Assembly: GCF_036321535.1 (NCBI RefSeq)
Contig: NC_087436.1
Location: 56,546,001 to 56,610,000 of the forward strand
DNA length: 64,000 bases
Reading direction: 5' to 3'
Source: Camelus dromedarius
Lineage: Eukaryota
In this document: piece by piece, positions 1-13,216 of the stretch
Layout of the letters: every line of letters starts with the position of its first letter
Position numbering within the stretch: the first letter of the stretch is position 1
Notes under the pieces: generated by a model
What the model saw: the letters and a program-made list of their open reading frames with translations, nothing else
Told to the model about the DNA's origin: nothing
Databases searched by the model: none
Made by a program: the position numbers and the translations under genes

Positions 1-104
1 TAATTGATTGTTGATGGCTTTTTAAAATTATCTGTACTTGTAAAACTTCTCACTAGGCGATGAGGTACTTGAGAGTAGAAAGCAGGTTTTATTGATCTTA
101 GTTT

Positions 105-1330
105 GGTTACTCATTAATCCATTCAACATTCTTACTGTATATCTACTAGACATATGCTAAACACTTATTCAGTAAGTATATAAGGAAAAAAGCCACAGTC
201 CTTATCTATCAATACTAAAAGAAAGTTTAACAAAGAATAAGAAAACAAATGGTTGCAATACATTGTCTTAAACACTGTGTACCACGGGAACGCAAGGAAG
301 AGACAGAGGGCTCACCTGGAACAGCAGGGAACAGGGCAGATCTGAGCTATGGTGTAACAGGTTCAGCACAGAACACACAATGAAATATGAGATCCGAAGG
401 TTTAAGCAGTACCATATATTCGAGAGTCTCATATGCCATGCTGAAGACTTTGTACTTCATTCTCAGGAACCACTAGGGTAAGTTTCAGAAAAGTCACTGT
501 GACTATAAAGTACACTAGAATGGAAGGAGCAAGACTGGCTGCAGGGAGACCAGTAAAGAGACAGTTATGGTGATTCGGGTGAGAAGTGATGGAGTCCTAA
601 ACTAAGGCTGTAACTCTGTATTCAAAATAAAGAACAGTAGACATATTTAACAAGTATTAAGGAAACAGAACAGGCAGGATTTAAAAACTGAGTTGAGGAA
701 ACAGAGCAGTCAAGATTTCACAGACAATTCCTCAGTTTCTGGTTTTGGCAACAGGGAGGATAATGGTGATGTTTACTACTACAGAAAACACAGAAAGAGA
801 AGCAAATCTGGTCAGGGCATGTGTTTACTTGATGCAAACATTCAAGGAAATCACTTTGTTGATAACTGAGAAACCCCATTCCAAGTGGGGATCTGCAGAA
901 ATCATGCAAGAGAGTCTGGTGTGTGTGGAAGAGACTCATTCTAGGGACATGAATATGAGAGCCATCAGCATTAATACTGGCACATGAAGTCATGGAAGTG
1001 TAGAAAGTGAACCACGAGAGACGGACAGCCAGGAAGACAGCCTCAGCATGCACTCCTGGAAGCAAGAACTGGGGAAGCAGAAGAGGTGGAGAAACCTGCA
1101 AAGGGAACAGAAGCAGCAGCACAGGTGCTCAGAAGTGAATCAGGAGAGTGCACAGTACAGAGTTTTGAGAAGGTAACACCTAAGTGTCAAATGATCCTGA
1201 GATACAGCAAAAAGACTAAAACGAGGCCAATAGATTTTGCAACAAAAGAGGTCATTCATGACCTTTGCAAAGACAGTTTCCACAGTGAGATAACAGAGTG
1301 ATTCAAAAGTTACTGAAGAGTAAATATGAT
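105..1330 (-). mobile_element. L2 (LINE2) remnant, 3' end at left
   Basis: cattcaacattcttactg..tctactagacatatgctaaacac resembles the reverse complement of the L2 3' tail. It is followed by typical antisense L2 tracts (gccatgctgaagactttgtacttcattct, gcagggagaccagtaaagagac, gccaatagattttgcaacaaaagaggtcattcatgacctttg). Boundaries are approximate. Confidence 0.75.
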
Positions 1331-1756
1331 GTGAAAACAGAAAATTGCATAGTTTCTGGAACTTATTAAATGTTCCAACTGATCCTAATTCACACTTTCC
1401 CACTGCATGTCACCCTGCTCAAAATTTTAAAATATGCCACAATCGCCCAAGCAATTCCAAACAAATGTTTAACGATGGTTTTGACTACAACTGAAACCTC
1501 AGTGGGAAGTCAGAGAAGTGCTCTAGGACACTCACTGATTATTTGGGAATCTCTTAAACCATCACCTTAGCCAAGTTTCATGTTCCTCAGTTGAAGGAAG
1601 CTGGAATTGTTAGGAGGCACTGGCTTTGGTTGATTTTAAGTATGTGTGTTATAAAAACTATTCAGTGAGTTGTGTCATAAATCATTTTTGTTTTTTTAAA
1701 TGAGTCTTAAGGGAATAAAAAAAAAATCACTTTACACCTAAAACATTTGGAAAATA

Positions 1757-4128
1757 CAGGCATATCTCATTTTACTGCACTTTGCTTTATTGTGATTCAC
1801 AGATGCTATTTTTTAATGAAGGCAATCTGGTGTTGAGTAACCCTATCAGAGCCATTTTTCCAGCAGCATTTGCTCACTTCATGTCTCTTTGTCACAGGTT
1901 GGTAATTCTTGCAATATTTCAAACTCTTTCATTTTATTATTAAATTTTTAGAGTGATCTGTGATGAGTGATCTTTGATTTACTATTATAATTGTTTTGGG
2001 GCACCATGAACTAAACCCATGTAAGACAGCAAACTTAATCAGTGTGCTGTGGGCTCTGACTGCTCCACCAACTGACCGTTCTCCCATTGCTGTCTCTCTT
2101 TAGATCTCCCTCATCTCTGAGGCACAGTATTGAAATTAGGCCTATTAAAAACCCTACAATGGCCCCTAAGTGTTCAAATGAAGGGAAGAGTTGCAAGTCT
2201 CTCACTTTAAATCAAAAGGGGGACATGATTAAGCTTACTAAAGAAGGCATGTTGAAACCCAAGGTAGGTTGAAAGCTAGGCCTCTTGTGCCAAACAGCCA
2301 AGTTGTGAATGCAAAGGGAAAGTTCTTACAGAAAATTAAAGGTGCTACTCCAGTAAACACACAAATGATAAGAAAACAAAACAGTCTTATTGCTGATATG
2401 GAGAAAGTTTGCGTGGTCTGGGTAAAGATCAAACCAGCCACAACAGTCCCTTAAGCCAAACCTAACCCAGAGTAAGGTCCTAAGTCTCTTCAATTCTATG
2501 AATCCTGAAAGCAGAGGAAGCTGCAGAAAAAAGTCTGATGCTGGCAGAGGTTGGTTCATGAGGTTTAAGGAAATAAACTATCTTCATAACATAAAGGTGC
2601 AAGGTGAAGCAGTAGGTGCTAATGTAGAAGCTGCAGTAAGTTATCCAGAAAATCTAGCTAAGATCCCATTAATGAAAGTGGCTACACAAAACAGATTTTC
2701 AATATAAACCAAACAGCCTTCTATTGGAAGAAGACACCATTAAAGACTTTCATAGCTAGAGAAGAGAAGTCAATGTCTGGCTTCGGAGCTTCAGAAGACA
2801 GGCTGACTCTCTTGGTAGGGGCTAATGCAAGTGGTGACTTTAAGTTGAAGCCAATGCTTGTTTACCATTCCAAAAATTCTAGGGCCTTAAAAGTTACACT
2901 AAATCTATTCTGCCTGTGCTTCATAAATGGAACAAAGCCCAAATGACAACACATCTGCTTGCAACATGGTTTACTGCATATTTCAAGCCTACTCAAGACT
3001 GACCTACCATTAAAAAAAAAAAAAAGAGTGCTTTCAAAATATAATTGCTCACTGGCAATGCACCATCATCTAAGATCTCTGATGGAGATGCAGAATAAGA
3101 TTCATGGTGTCTCCATGCCTGCCAACACAACATCCATTCTGCAGGCCATGGATCATTGAGTCATTTTGACTTTCAAGTCTTATTCAAGAAATATATTTCA
3201 TAATGCTAAAAGCTGCCATAGATAGTGATTCCCTGATGGATCTGGGCATAGTCAACTGAAAACCCTCTGGAAAGGATTCACTATTCTAGATGCCATTAAG
3301 AACATTTGTGATTCACGGGAAGAGGTCAAAATGTCAACATTAACAGGAGTTTGGAAGGAGCTGAATCCAACCCTCATGAATGAGTTTGAAGGGCTCAAGA
3401 CTTCAGTGGAGGAAGGAACTGCAGATGTGGTAGAAACATCAAGAGAACTAGAATTAGAAGTGGAGCCTGAAGATGTGACTGAATTGCTGAAATCTCATGA
3501 TGAACCTTTAATGGATGAGGAGTTGCTTCTTACTGATGAGTAATAAAAGTGGTTTCTTGAAACAGAATCTATTCCTGGTGAAGATGCTGTGAAGACTATT
3601 GAAACAACAACATAGGATTTAGATACTACATAAACTTCATTGATAAAGCAGTGACAGGGTTGAGAGGACAGACTTCAATTTTGAAAGAACTTCTATTGTA
3701 TCTAAAGTGCTATCAAACAGCATTGCATGCTACAGAGAAATCACTCATGAAAGATCAACCAATGTGGCAAACTTCACTATTGTCATATTTTAAGAAATTG
3801 CCACAGCCACCCCAGCCTTTAGCAACTACCATTCCAATAAGTCAGCAGCCATCAACATCAAGACAAGACCCTTCACCGGCAAAAAGATTATGATTCGCTG
3901 AAGGTTCAGATGATGATTAATATGCTTTAGCAATAAAATATTTTTAAATTTAAGATATATATATTGTTTTCTAGACACAATGCTATTGCATGCTTAACTG
4001 CAGCATAATAAACATAACTTTTATATGCACTGGGAAACCAAAAATGTCATGTGACTCACTTTATTTCAATATTCACTTTATTGCAGTAGTCTGGAACTGA
4101 ACTCGGCAATAACTTCAAGATATGTCCG
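1757..4128 (+). mobile_element. Tigger1 DNA transposon (TcMar-Tigger), near full length (~2.37 kb), transposase disrupted
   Basis: Left end TA|CAGGCATATCTC and right end AGATATGTCCG|TA give terminal inverted repeats with TA duplications. ORF fragments match Tigger1/TIGD1-type transposase: [38 protein letters not shown] (2269), GRGWFMRFKE..LHNIKVQGEA (2498), [34 protein letters not shown] (3331). These are split by frameshifts and stops. Confidence 0.95.
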
Positions 4129-4514
4129 TATGTCAAGTGTAAAACTTATAAAATACAAATATTACATCAAACTTAATCATGCCATAGATTCCATGAGACT
4201 TTAAATAAAGTTACCCAACTCAATGTTCAATTGATTATTGTTAAATATTAATGGCAGTACAGGAAGTATTTATTATGAGTTCACTTGTCTGCGTATATTA
4301 CCCATTGAACATTTCAATGAGTTCTAGGAGCTTATAGAAACTAAAGAATTGCATGTTATTGTTTGTAAATAACATTGGTGCATAAAAGTGCTTATAAAGA
4401 TAGAAGCAGGTAAAATATCTGGTATGAACCAAAGATCAAAAAGCAAAAGCAAGAACCCTGTTTTATACATCTTCCTAAACATGTTTTAATATCTGTAGCA
4501 AAAAGGGAATAGTG

Positions 4515-4656
4515 CCTAGGGTAAGTGAAATGGGTACAGAAGTTCAACTATATGGTGATGGGTGGTGACTATACTTGTGGAGGTGATCACCTTGTAATGT
4601 GTACAGATGTCGAATTATAATGCTGTGCACCTGAAACTTATACAGTAAAAAAAGAA
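4515..4656 (+). mobile_element. Short L1 3'-end fragment
   Basis: gtgaaatgggtacagaagttcaactatatggtgatgggtggtgactatacttgtggaggtgatcac...cctgaaacttatacagtaaaaaaa is a Laurasiatherian-type L1 3' UTR with an A tail. Confidence 0.7.
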
Positions 4657-4791
4657 AGTAGTCCTAGCCAGCTATTTGTTTTCCACAGCATCTGGCCAAC
4701 AATATTATCTTCTCGTTGTAGAACTTTTAGGAAAAAATTCAGGCCTTTCACTTCATTTGCACAACACAGCAAGAGGTAGACCCATCTAGTC

Positions 4792-4892
4792 TTGTATATA
4801 CATGTATATGTATAACTGAATCACTTTGCTGTGCACCAGAAACACAACACTGTAAATCAACTATACCTCTAAAAATTTTTTTTTAAATAAAG
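4792..4892 (+). mobile_element. Short L1 3'-end fragment (cetartiodactyl-type)
   Basis: gtatatgtataactgaatcactttgctgtgcaccagaaacacaacactgtaaatcaactatac matches the artiodactyl L1 terminal sequence. Confidence 0.75.
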
Positions 4893-5099
4893 ATGTAAAA
4901 AAATGTAATTGGTCTGCTATCACGCACAGTGATACAAGTTTTTGTATATAACTTCAAATCTAAGAAATTTATAAAAGAATTTCACATACAAATTAGAATG
5001 ACTTGCAGATACTAATATAAAAAATAAAACCCACACATGCGTTTAACTGTCAGATGAGACTATTTCTGCCAGAGCTATGGGAAAAAAGCGCATGTGAAG

Positions 5100-5900
5100 T
5101 CCATCTAATTCCTACATTTTCTCCCCACAAACAGCTCCTTCTTTGACTTCTCAACTTCTATTAATAAAACAGCCAACATTCCAGAGCAGCTCAGCCTCAA
5201 CCTTTGGAGTCATCCTTAACACCAGTCTTCCTCATCCTCTATATCCAAGTATGCACCAAATACAACGGACTCCACATATTCAGTATGTCAGGAATTTTGC
5301 CTTTCTTTCCATTACCTCTGCCATGACGCAGCTCGGTTTTTCACTACGTGTGCAACTTCCCAATGCAAGCCAGTTCTTCCTAAGCAGAGGTCCAACTGCT
5401 CAGCACAAAGCCCAGTTCCAAGTGACTTTTTCAGCCCTGAGTAGTCCCCCTTTAAGCAGCAAATTAAGTGAGCAATCCTTGCCCTGGCATTTCAGATACA
5501 TTACAGGACAGTTTTCTTCAAGGCTTACTATTCTGAAACTTCATTTCTCTGCAGTTTCCTAGTCGTACTTCCCTATCTTTACTCTTGCCATTTCTGCCCA
5601 CGGAATGCTGCTTTCTCCCAATCCCCCTCCCCAGGAAGGCTGCTTGATGTTTCAGTGGTAAAACATCAGTTCCTGCATAATTTTATTTTTCCCAATCTAC
5701 CTCTGACCATGCCCCCATGGAACACCTGTGTCTTGTATGGTTTCTATGTATGTCCTGAATATTGCTTGGTTTTGCTTTTACATTTTGCCACCAGTAATCC
5801 ATTGGCTCCATGAGGGACAGAAAACGTGTCACAGCTATTTCTCATCTAGAGGCACCTAATGATCTGATTATAGTAATACTGTCAGTATTTGCAGAATGCA
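5100..5900 (+). mobile_element. L2 remnant (3' region)
   Basis: L2-like tracts: cagcctcaacctttggagtcatccttaacacc, ctttctttccattacctctgcca, ccattggctccatgagggacagaaaacgtgtc, ending in a degenerate L2 tail. Confidence 0.7.
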
Positions 5901-6392
5901 GTTGAAAATGTTAATGCATTAATGCAGGTCTGGAAGCAAAGCAATCCATCAAGGAGTGAATGAACTGCTCTGTCCACCACAGCTTTTATTACCCCTTTCT
6001 TGTGCACTAAGACTGGGACTTGCACTGGTTGTGCGCAGATCATCCCAGTTTACCAGTTATTGTCAATGAACCTTAAGAACTTTGGATGAATAAATTATAT
6101 ACAAATAACTTTCAAGCAAATAAAGTAAATATCAGGTTAATTTTGAAAGAGGAACTATCTTGTTCAAAGTAACTCTGATCATTCTACCACTGGGAAAATT
6201 ATCGTTTTACTAAGTTTCAAAAATAAAATAAAATGCTTTAAATTAAAATGTTTTTTAAAAGCCAACACCCAAGTTAATTTGAGGTCATTTGTTTTCTAAA
6301 CTTTATCTACTAGATTTTCACCTTATGAACACCATTCAAAGGTACTATTGTAACTATTTTTTTAAATGCAAAAAGCAAATGTAGCCATCTCT

Positions 6393-6422
6393 CACACACA
6401 CACACACACACACATACACACA
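6393..6422. repeat. (CA)n microsatellite
   Basis: cacacacacacacacacacacatacacaca seen directly. Confidence 0.95.
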
Positions 6423-7984
6423 AGCTATAAATCAATATAACACTAAGATTCAATGAAAATAGTGACAACTTTAAAAAATGCAACTCAATGTATAGCCAAA
6501 TAACTCATGAAACAGCATGCATTGCTGACTTTGGACATGATCACCAAATTTAACAAGGTGTTCTTGAGAGAAACAAAATAAGACAGGTCCCCGGAGCATC
6601 CACTCAAAATAGCAGATGCATCTGAACTGCAGGGCAAACTCCTCTAGGCTAAAATTTTGGTTGGCCTTAAAGAAAAACTGTAGAATTTAACATTTTTAAT
6701 TTAAGTAGTATCTTAAAATGCAGGAAAACTCATTGCTAAAATCTAGTTAGCAAGCATAACAGAAGAAGTACAGCAATATAGGTCTAAATACAATGATGTT
6801 TATGGCTAAGACCAAGAAGAATTTGGTACAAATTTTGCAAAATCTATAAAACATTTGTTCAGAAGAAAAATAATTAAATGTCCCACAGTGCAATCTGGAG
6901 GAACACACCTATTTTACAAAGTCATTCATCACTGAGTCACACATAACAAAATGTCATTAAAAAATAAGAAAAAAAGAAAAAATTGTGCCTTGCAAGAGAT
7001 CTTTGCTTCATGAAATTACATTGCTACAAATTACCATTCACTGAATTCATATAAAGCCTTCATTGGACCTGTCACTGTTTGGCACAATTCAATAAATGTT
7101 AATTCCCACTAATACCACTCCTCCACCACAATCAACCATTCGGCTTTAAAAATCTACTTGGTTCTTCGTCTTATCTTCTTGAACAGTGTTAAAGTCCTTA
7201 TGAACATCCAAATTCTATTAATATTCCCCTAGTACCATGTCCAAGTTTCAATGCATTTCTGTGCTTTCCTTTACATGATAATTTGACCTGGACTTATAGT
7301 ATCCCTAAGGCATCTAAGTTGTCTCTCTAACACTAGGTTCAAGTTTTGAGCTGATCCATGATACTATTCTCAAATAATTATTTTAACTATTGACAACATT
7401 TAGGATATAGCTGGCTAGGTTAGGGAGCCAGCGTGTTATTAAAAAAAAAAAAAAACAGCAAAATCAACTGATTTATATTGGGACAGACTGGTTATCTTTG
7501 GAATCATTAATTCTTAGCTTTCCCTGTAGTCATCTGCTGTTTCTTAATTATAGATTAACAGGAAAACATTCATGCTTCATCGTTCTTACGTCCTTCTCTT
7601 TCCCTAAGCTTGTGTGTCTATAAAGTATTTATTGCTTGGGTAAAAATGGAAAGAAGTAATCATACATTGTAAAATTGACCAAAAGTATATGACATTTATG
7701 CTATTCTATGTATGGTACTGAAGGAATCCACACTCCTAGAGTCCGGACTGCAGCAGGATAGGTCTAAATAAGAAGAGAGAGGGTGACAAATTTCTGACCT
7801 AACAGATTCAACTTCCACTACATGGAAGAAGGGAGAAAAAGTGATCCAATGGATATTTTGGACAGTTCGATACAAACTCTGCATTTAATAGGTGAAGGAA
7901 CTCATGTCTAAACAGATCGGAAAGTTTGCTTCTAGGAAAGTAAACTAAATTAGGGAGGTCTAGGCAAAAGTACAAAGGCTTTCA

Positions 7985-8489
7985 TGTATCAGCCAAAATT
8001 CTTTTGCTGGCAATGATTTATTCAAGCTAAGTTACACGTGAAGGAGATTTACTGGTCCCCATAACTGAAAAGTTGTGAAGCAGAATGAGCTTCAGGTAAG
8101 GCTTGATGAAACAGTTCAATGAAATAACCAGGGACCCATTTCTCAACTATACCATCTTAACCCATTATTCTAACACTGGGACTAGCAACTCCCGAGGCAA
8201 AATACTCCCATTCCCCAAGTTCACAAAGAAAGAAAGAAAGCACTGTTGTTCTAAAATGCTAAAACAAAGCTCTGTGATTCAGTTTGACTGAAACGGCCTA
8301 GGTCACATATTCACCCTACAAGCATCACTAGAGCCAGAAAAATGAAATACCTTGATTGTCTTGATCTAAATTATATGCAGAAGGTAAAAGTCTGCTCTCC
8401 TGGAAATTCATGGATATTCAGAAGCAAACTATTTATTGGTAGGAAAGAAGGTGGCAAATGAATGCTGCAGAGGTAGGCAAATAGTCCAC
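7985..8489 (-). mobile_element. Old MaLR solo LTR (MLT1K/L-like)
   Basis: tgtatcagccaaaattcttttgctggcaa...gagatttactggtccccataactgaaaagt...gcttcaggtaaggcttgat..ttcaatgaaataaccaggg resembles antisense MLT1K/L. Confidence 0.65.
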
Positions 8490-9461
8490 GCCCCACCCCA
8501 ACCCCAATCAAGTCTGGGACACATTCTGATCCTATAATCTGAGACTTTTGCCTCTGCCCTTTTTTATAGACTGTTTTTAAAGATTATGGTGGGGTGAACA
8601 AGAATAAATTTACATCTAAATGAAGCAAAATGCCACCAAATGTCCTTTTTTCAAATTCAGGTAGTAGAGGACTAGGTCTCCCAACAGGCTCTTACATCTA
8701 TCTTTCCCATCTCCTCCAGATTTTGTAATCTCAAGAAATGTGAAGCAAAAAAAAATTAATACTATTTTTCTCTAATTTATGAGTACAGTTTAAGCTTTGC
8801 CTAGAAATATAAGACCAAGAAGTCACTATACAAGGAAATAGTTCAGCTGATAGGATGATTTCAGCATTCTACAGCTCCAACTTTAACTTGCTTGTTCCAG
8901 GAAAAGTGAAGACAAGTAACTACAGTTGCCAAATAGAAGTAGTAGAAATAGATCAAGTAAATGTTTTAAATGCCAAAGGGCAGGGAGGAAAAGGAAAGCT
9001 TTCCTCAGAATGAAGAGGAATTTCTTCCAAATATGAAGGAGAATTCCATAGTTCCCAGAACAGCATACACGAGTTGAAACATAACACCCTTCAACTGGGT
9101 CCCATAATAATGGGGGACAACTGAGTGCTGGAGGCTAGCCACACCCCCTTCATCCACCAACCAAGAGGGGTTTACTCATCACAGTATTTAGGTCCATGCG
9201 GTAGATTCTCCTAAGGCCCAGTCCAAGTGAGGCCTTTCAAAAGATTGTAGCCAAAGAGATCTGGAACCCAGCTTACCCCGGAGCTGAAAGATCATCTCAT
9301 CTAGTACATTTCTAACTGCCTTGGGGTAGGAACAAACAGAGCAAAGGAGGTTTTATAAGCACTCCCTCCTCCCACTATTACACCTCCAGGAAGAGCATGT
9401 CTGCTCTTAGTACACCAAAATACCTCATCCAAACTTGTTATTTTTCCTTTTTCATATTAAA

Positions 9462-10690
9462 AAATTTTAATGTTATTTTATTGTGGTAAGAACACTTAAA
9501 ATGTGTTAAGTGGGTAGATCTCTTGTTAAGTGTGAAATACAGTATCGTTGACTCAAGGCACAATGCTGTACAGCAGATCACTAGAGCTGGTTCATCCTGT
9601 ATCACTGAAACCCATGCCTGCTGATCAGTAACTCCCCACTTTGCCCTCTCCCCAGCCCCTGGCAACCACCATTCTATTCTTTGAGTCTATGAATTGTACT
9701 ATTTTAGATGTCCCATGTAAGGGGTATCATGCAATTTGTCTTTCCCACACTGGATTATTTCAATTAGCATAATGTCCTCAAGGTTCATTTATTTTGTCAC
9801 ATATTGCAAAATTTCCTTCTTTTTTAAGGCTAAATAGTATTCCAGTGTGCATGCACCATATTTTCTTTATTTATCTGTCTGTCAGTGGACATTTAGGTTT
9901 TTTCCATTTTGGCTATTATGACTAGTTCTGCAATCAACATGGAAGTGCTAATATCTTTTAGAGATCCTGGTATCAATTATTTGGATAAATATCCAGACTT
10001 AGAGTGTCTGGATCACATGGTAGTTCTATTTCAAATTTTTAAGAAGCCTCTTTATTATTTTCCATAGCAGCTCCCATTTTGCATTCCCACCAGCTGTGCA
10101 TGGGTTCCAGTTTCTCCACATCCTTGTCAACACTTTTTTTTTTTAAATAATCACCATCCTGACAGGTATGAGGTGATTATCTCGCTGTGGTTTTGATTTG
10201 CTTTTCCACAATGACTAGTGACATTGAACATTTTTTATATACCTGTTGGCCATTTGTTTGTCTTCTTTGGATAAATGCCTATTCAGATTCAAAACCCACT
10301 TTTAAGCAGGCTATTAGTTTTTTTGCTATTGAATTATAGGAGTTTCTTACATGTTTGTTTTGGAGATGAACTGTTGTCAGACAAATGGTTTGCAAATATT
10401 TTCTCCCATTCTGCAGTCTGCCCTTTTATGCTGTTGTCATTTCCTTTGTTGTGCAGTAGTAGTAGTCCCACTTGTTTGTTTTTGCTGCCCATGCTTTTTG
10501 AGTCATTTCCATGAAACCATTGCCAAGATTAATGATATGAAGCTTTTCCCCTACATTTTCTTCTAGGAGCTGTACAGCTTCAGTGTTATATTTAAGTCCT
10601 TAACCCATTTTGAGCTAATTTTTGTATCCGATGCAAGATAACGGTCCAATTTCATTCTCTTGCACGTGGATGTCCAGTTTTTCCAACACC
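9462..10690 (-). mobile_element. L1MA8-like LINE1, 5'-truncated 3' fragment
   Basis: gctgtacagcagatcactagagctggttcatcctgtatcactgaaac...cccagcccctggcaaccaccattcta, followed by antisense ORF2 C-terminal sequence (gtggttttgatttgc, tttgcaaatattttctcccattctg). Confidence 0.9.
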
Positions 10691-10939
10691 TAAATACATT
10701 ATTTTTTTATCTGAGAAACTTAAGTCCAAGAAGGTTCAGTCATTTATCAGTATCCAATCTAAAGGCCAGAACTTGAACCCAGGTCTCTGGAATTCATTCA
10801 ACAATTATTGTACATATATTATTAGTATAAGTTACCCAAAAGCAGTCTCTATAAACCAGACAACAATCACCACAGAAAAAAATCTACACAATCCCTTCAG
10901 TTTCAATACTTCCTTTCATAAACATACAATTTCAGAGTA

Positions 10940-11151
10940 CAGCTGACCTTTGGACAACATGGGTCTGAATTGCAAGGGTCCACTTATACATGGATTTCTT
11001 CCAGTAACTATACAGTCAGCCCTCCCTGTCTACGGTTCCTTATCCACAGATACAGAGGGCCAACCATGAGGCCTGAGCACCAGTGGATTTTGGTACCTGT
11101 GGTGAGTCCTGGTACCAACCTTCCCTCCCCCTGGGTACTGAGGGATGACTG
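10940..11151 (+). mobile_element. MER2B-like Tigger-family MITE (internally deleted)
   Basis: TA|CAGCTGACCTTTGGACAACATGGGTCTGAATTGCAAGGGTCCACTTATAC ... GGATTTTGGTACC...GGGTACTGAGGGATGACTG|TA, flanked by TA on both sides. Confidence 0.85.
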
Positions 11152-11169
11152 TACATAGCCTGTTGCATT

Positions 11170-11340
11170 CATATCCCAACTCTGCTTACTTGCTATGTGA
11201 CTATGGGATAGTTTCTTAACTTCCATAAGATTTAATTTTCTCATCTGCAAATAGGAATAACAATGCTACCTCTACAGGATTAGAAGAGATAAATACATAT
11301 ATGAAGTGCATTTGAAATTGAGAAAGTATTAAATATATGT
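11170..11340 (+). mobile_element. MIR SINE
   Basis: MIR core: cttacttgctatgtgactatggg...ttttctcatctgcaaataggaataacaatgctacctc. Confidence 0.8.
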
Positions 11341-13194
11341 TAACTTGTAATATACTAATTGAAAACAACTCAGAACACTATTATGAATTCTGTTAATGAA
11401 GTGGCAGTTTCTTTTTCACTGTCAAACTTTACCATCATGTACCTCAAAAATACACAGAAGGACATTCAATAGAACAATGATAAAACAAAGTGTCTGATGA
11501 AGAGAAGCAAGCTGGCTAAAGACTGGTTAGTTACACAGACGGATATTCTGCATGACTGTAAGCATTTTAGAGACACACAATGGAACATGAGTCAATGAAA
11601 TAGCACTTTTGATGGAAGTTCCAGTGGGATGGAGGAATCGAATGGCAACACAGACGCAGTGGTGAGCACCCTATAATCTGGTCCCTCGGAATTCAAAATG
11701 AAGGGAAAAATTTAGTACAATCTACAGAAAAAATGTTGGCAATGATGAAAAGATTTCATAACTTGGAGTTTGAATTACAAATGACACATTTAAGCTCATA
11801 GAAGAAGTTGTAAAATATACGTTTATCTTTAATAGACAGAAGCATGGTTGGTTTTATGGATCACACTACTAAGTTGATTCTTATTCACAATAATGATATA
11901 GCAAGGGGCCATCCAGAGGTGAAACCTGGCATTAAGGGTAATTTTTCATACAGTAAATAAAATAGCAGGCCAACTAAAGTTATTTTACATAAAAGATAAC
12001 TATATATATATATAACTGAGAGAAGAATTTCTTAGAGTCACAGTGATGAAGAAATTACCATCAAGGGTTCTTCTCTGCTTTGGATTTTGTCCAGCTTTCA
12101 AGGGAAAAATATCATAGTTGTATGGACAAAAGACTATTAACAGAAAATTGAAATTACCTTTTGTAGTTAGCAAAATCAAACTCATTTCACACTTTATACA
12201 ATGTTTTACTTGTGGTTTGCTCTATACATTACACATTCCTACTGTATTATTAATAGTAAACAGAATAGTATATAAATATCATACACACGCACCATATACA
12301 AGTAGTAGCCACATGTTACACATAAGAAACATGCTAAGAAAAGGAGAATAATTTTTTCATAAAGAATTGATAATTCAAGATTATTTAAAGTACGAGAATC
12401 ATTTTTTAATGCGCGTATTTTGATTACAAAGGACTCTACTCACTTTTCTCCTTCAAGTTTCCAAAAAGATATTTGGAAATTCACAAAAATCTCAGTATGT
12501 CATTAGTTTTAATGCCATTAACCTGCAAGGGCACAGGTTGCATTTTCCTTCCTCCAGAATACACTATTTCTACTCTAGGCCTTATTGAAGTGACTCAATT
12601 ATTTCTGTTCACAGGTCAACATTAACCAAGCTAAAAACATCCTCTAAGTTCATACTGTACCTCAAAAATGTCCTGTTTCAGTGTCTAGAGGAAAAGCAGG
12701 TTCAGAATCCCAAGAAGACTGCTGGAGACTGACAAGACTCAACATCGGGGCCTGGAGAGGAGGTAAAAGTTTCAATTCTGCCACTACTTCTTTAAAGTTT
12801 AGAATTTACTTTTAGTGTAGATACATGCAATTTAGTGGTTCATAGGGGGTAAAAACACTTCCTTAACCTTTTCAGAGGAAATAAGATAATGAAGCAAAGA
12901 ACTCTGAACACATTATTCCAAGACTAAATGTTCGCAGATAACCATGATGAGTTAACAGAACACATAAAAATATTTAGTTAGCTGTATTTTTTTTTCACCC
13001 CTTGGAAATACAGTGCCAAACTTTCAAATGAGCACTCAAATTATGGAGCTATTTGTGATTTGATTTTTGTCCCAAAAAAATGTAATGAAGTGAGTATTCT
13101 CTGAAATAGGGGTGACTGTTTAAAATCAGTCAGCATTTGGCATGTTTTGTGCTCTGCTTACGCTCCTTGGCAACAACAGTACAGCTAACCAGGA

Positions 13195-13216
13195 TTTTTT
13201 TTTTTTTTTTTTTTTT
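13195..13216. repeat. poly(T) run (~22 nt)
   Basis: Seen directly. Confidence 0.9.

Noticed and set aside
718..1403. ORFs of 70-134 aa at the window start
   Set aside because: They lie within a decayed L2 and resemble no protein I recognise.
2087..3893. Possible TIGD1-like domesticated transposase gene
   Set aside because: The reading frame is broken into many short pieces by frameshifts and stops, as expected for a fossil Tigger1.
5143..5562. 139-aa ORF
   Set aside because: It sits inside an L2 remnant, starts at a non-ATG codon and has no recognisable domain.
11460..11940. Coding-looking purine-rich stretch (possible processed pseudogene or ancient RT remnant)
   Set aside because: The frames I translated are interrupted, and I could not match any motif convincingly. 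It needs TBLASTX/Dfam before any call.
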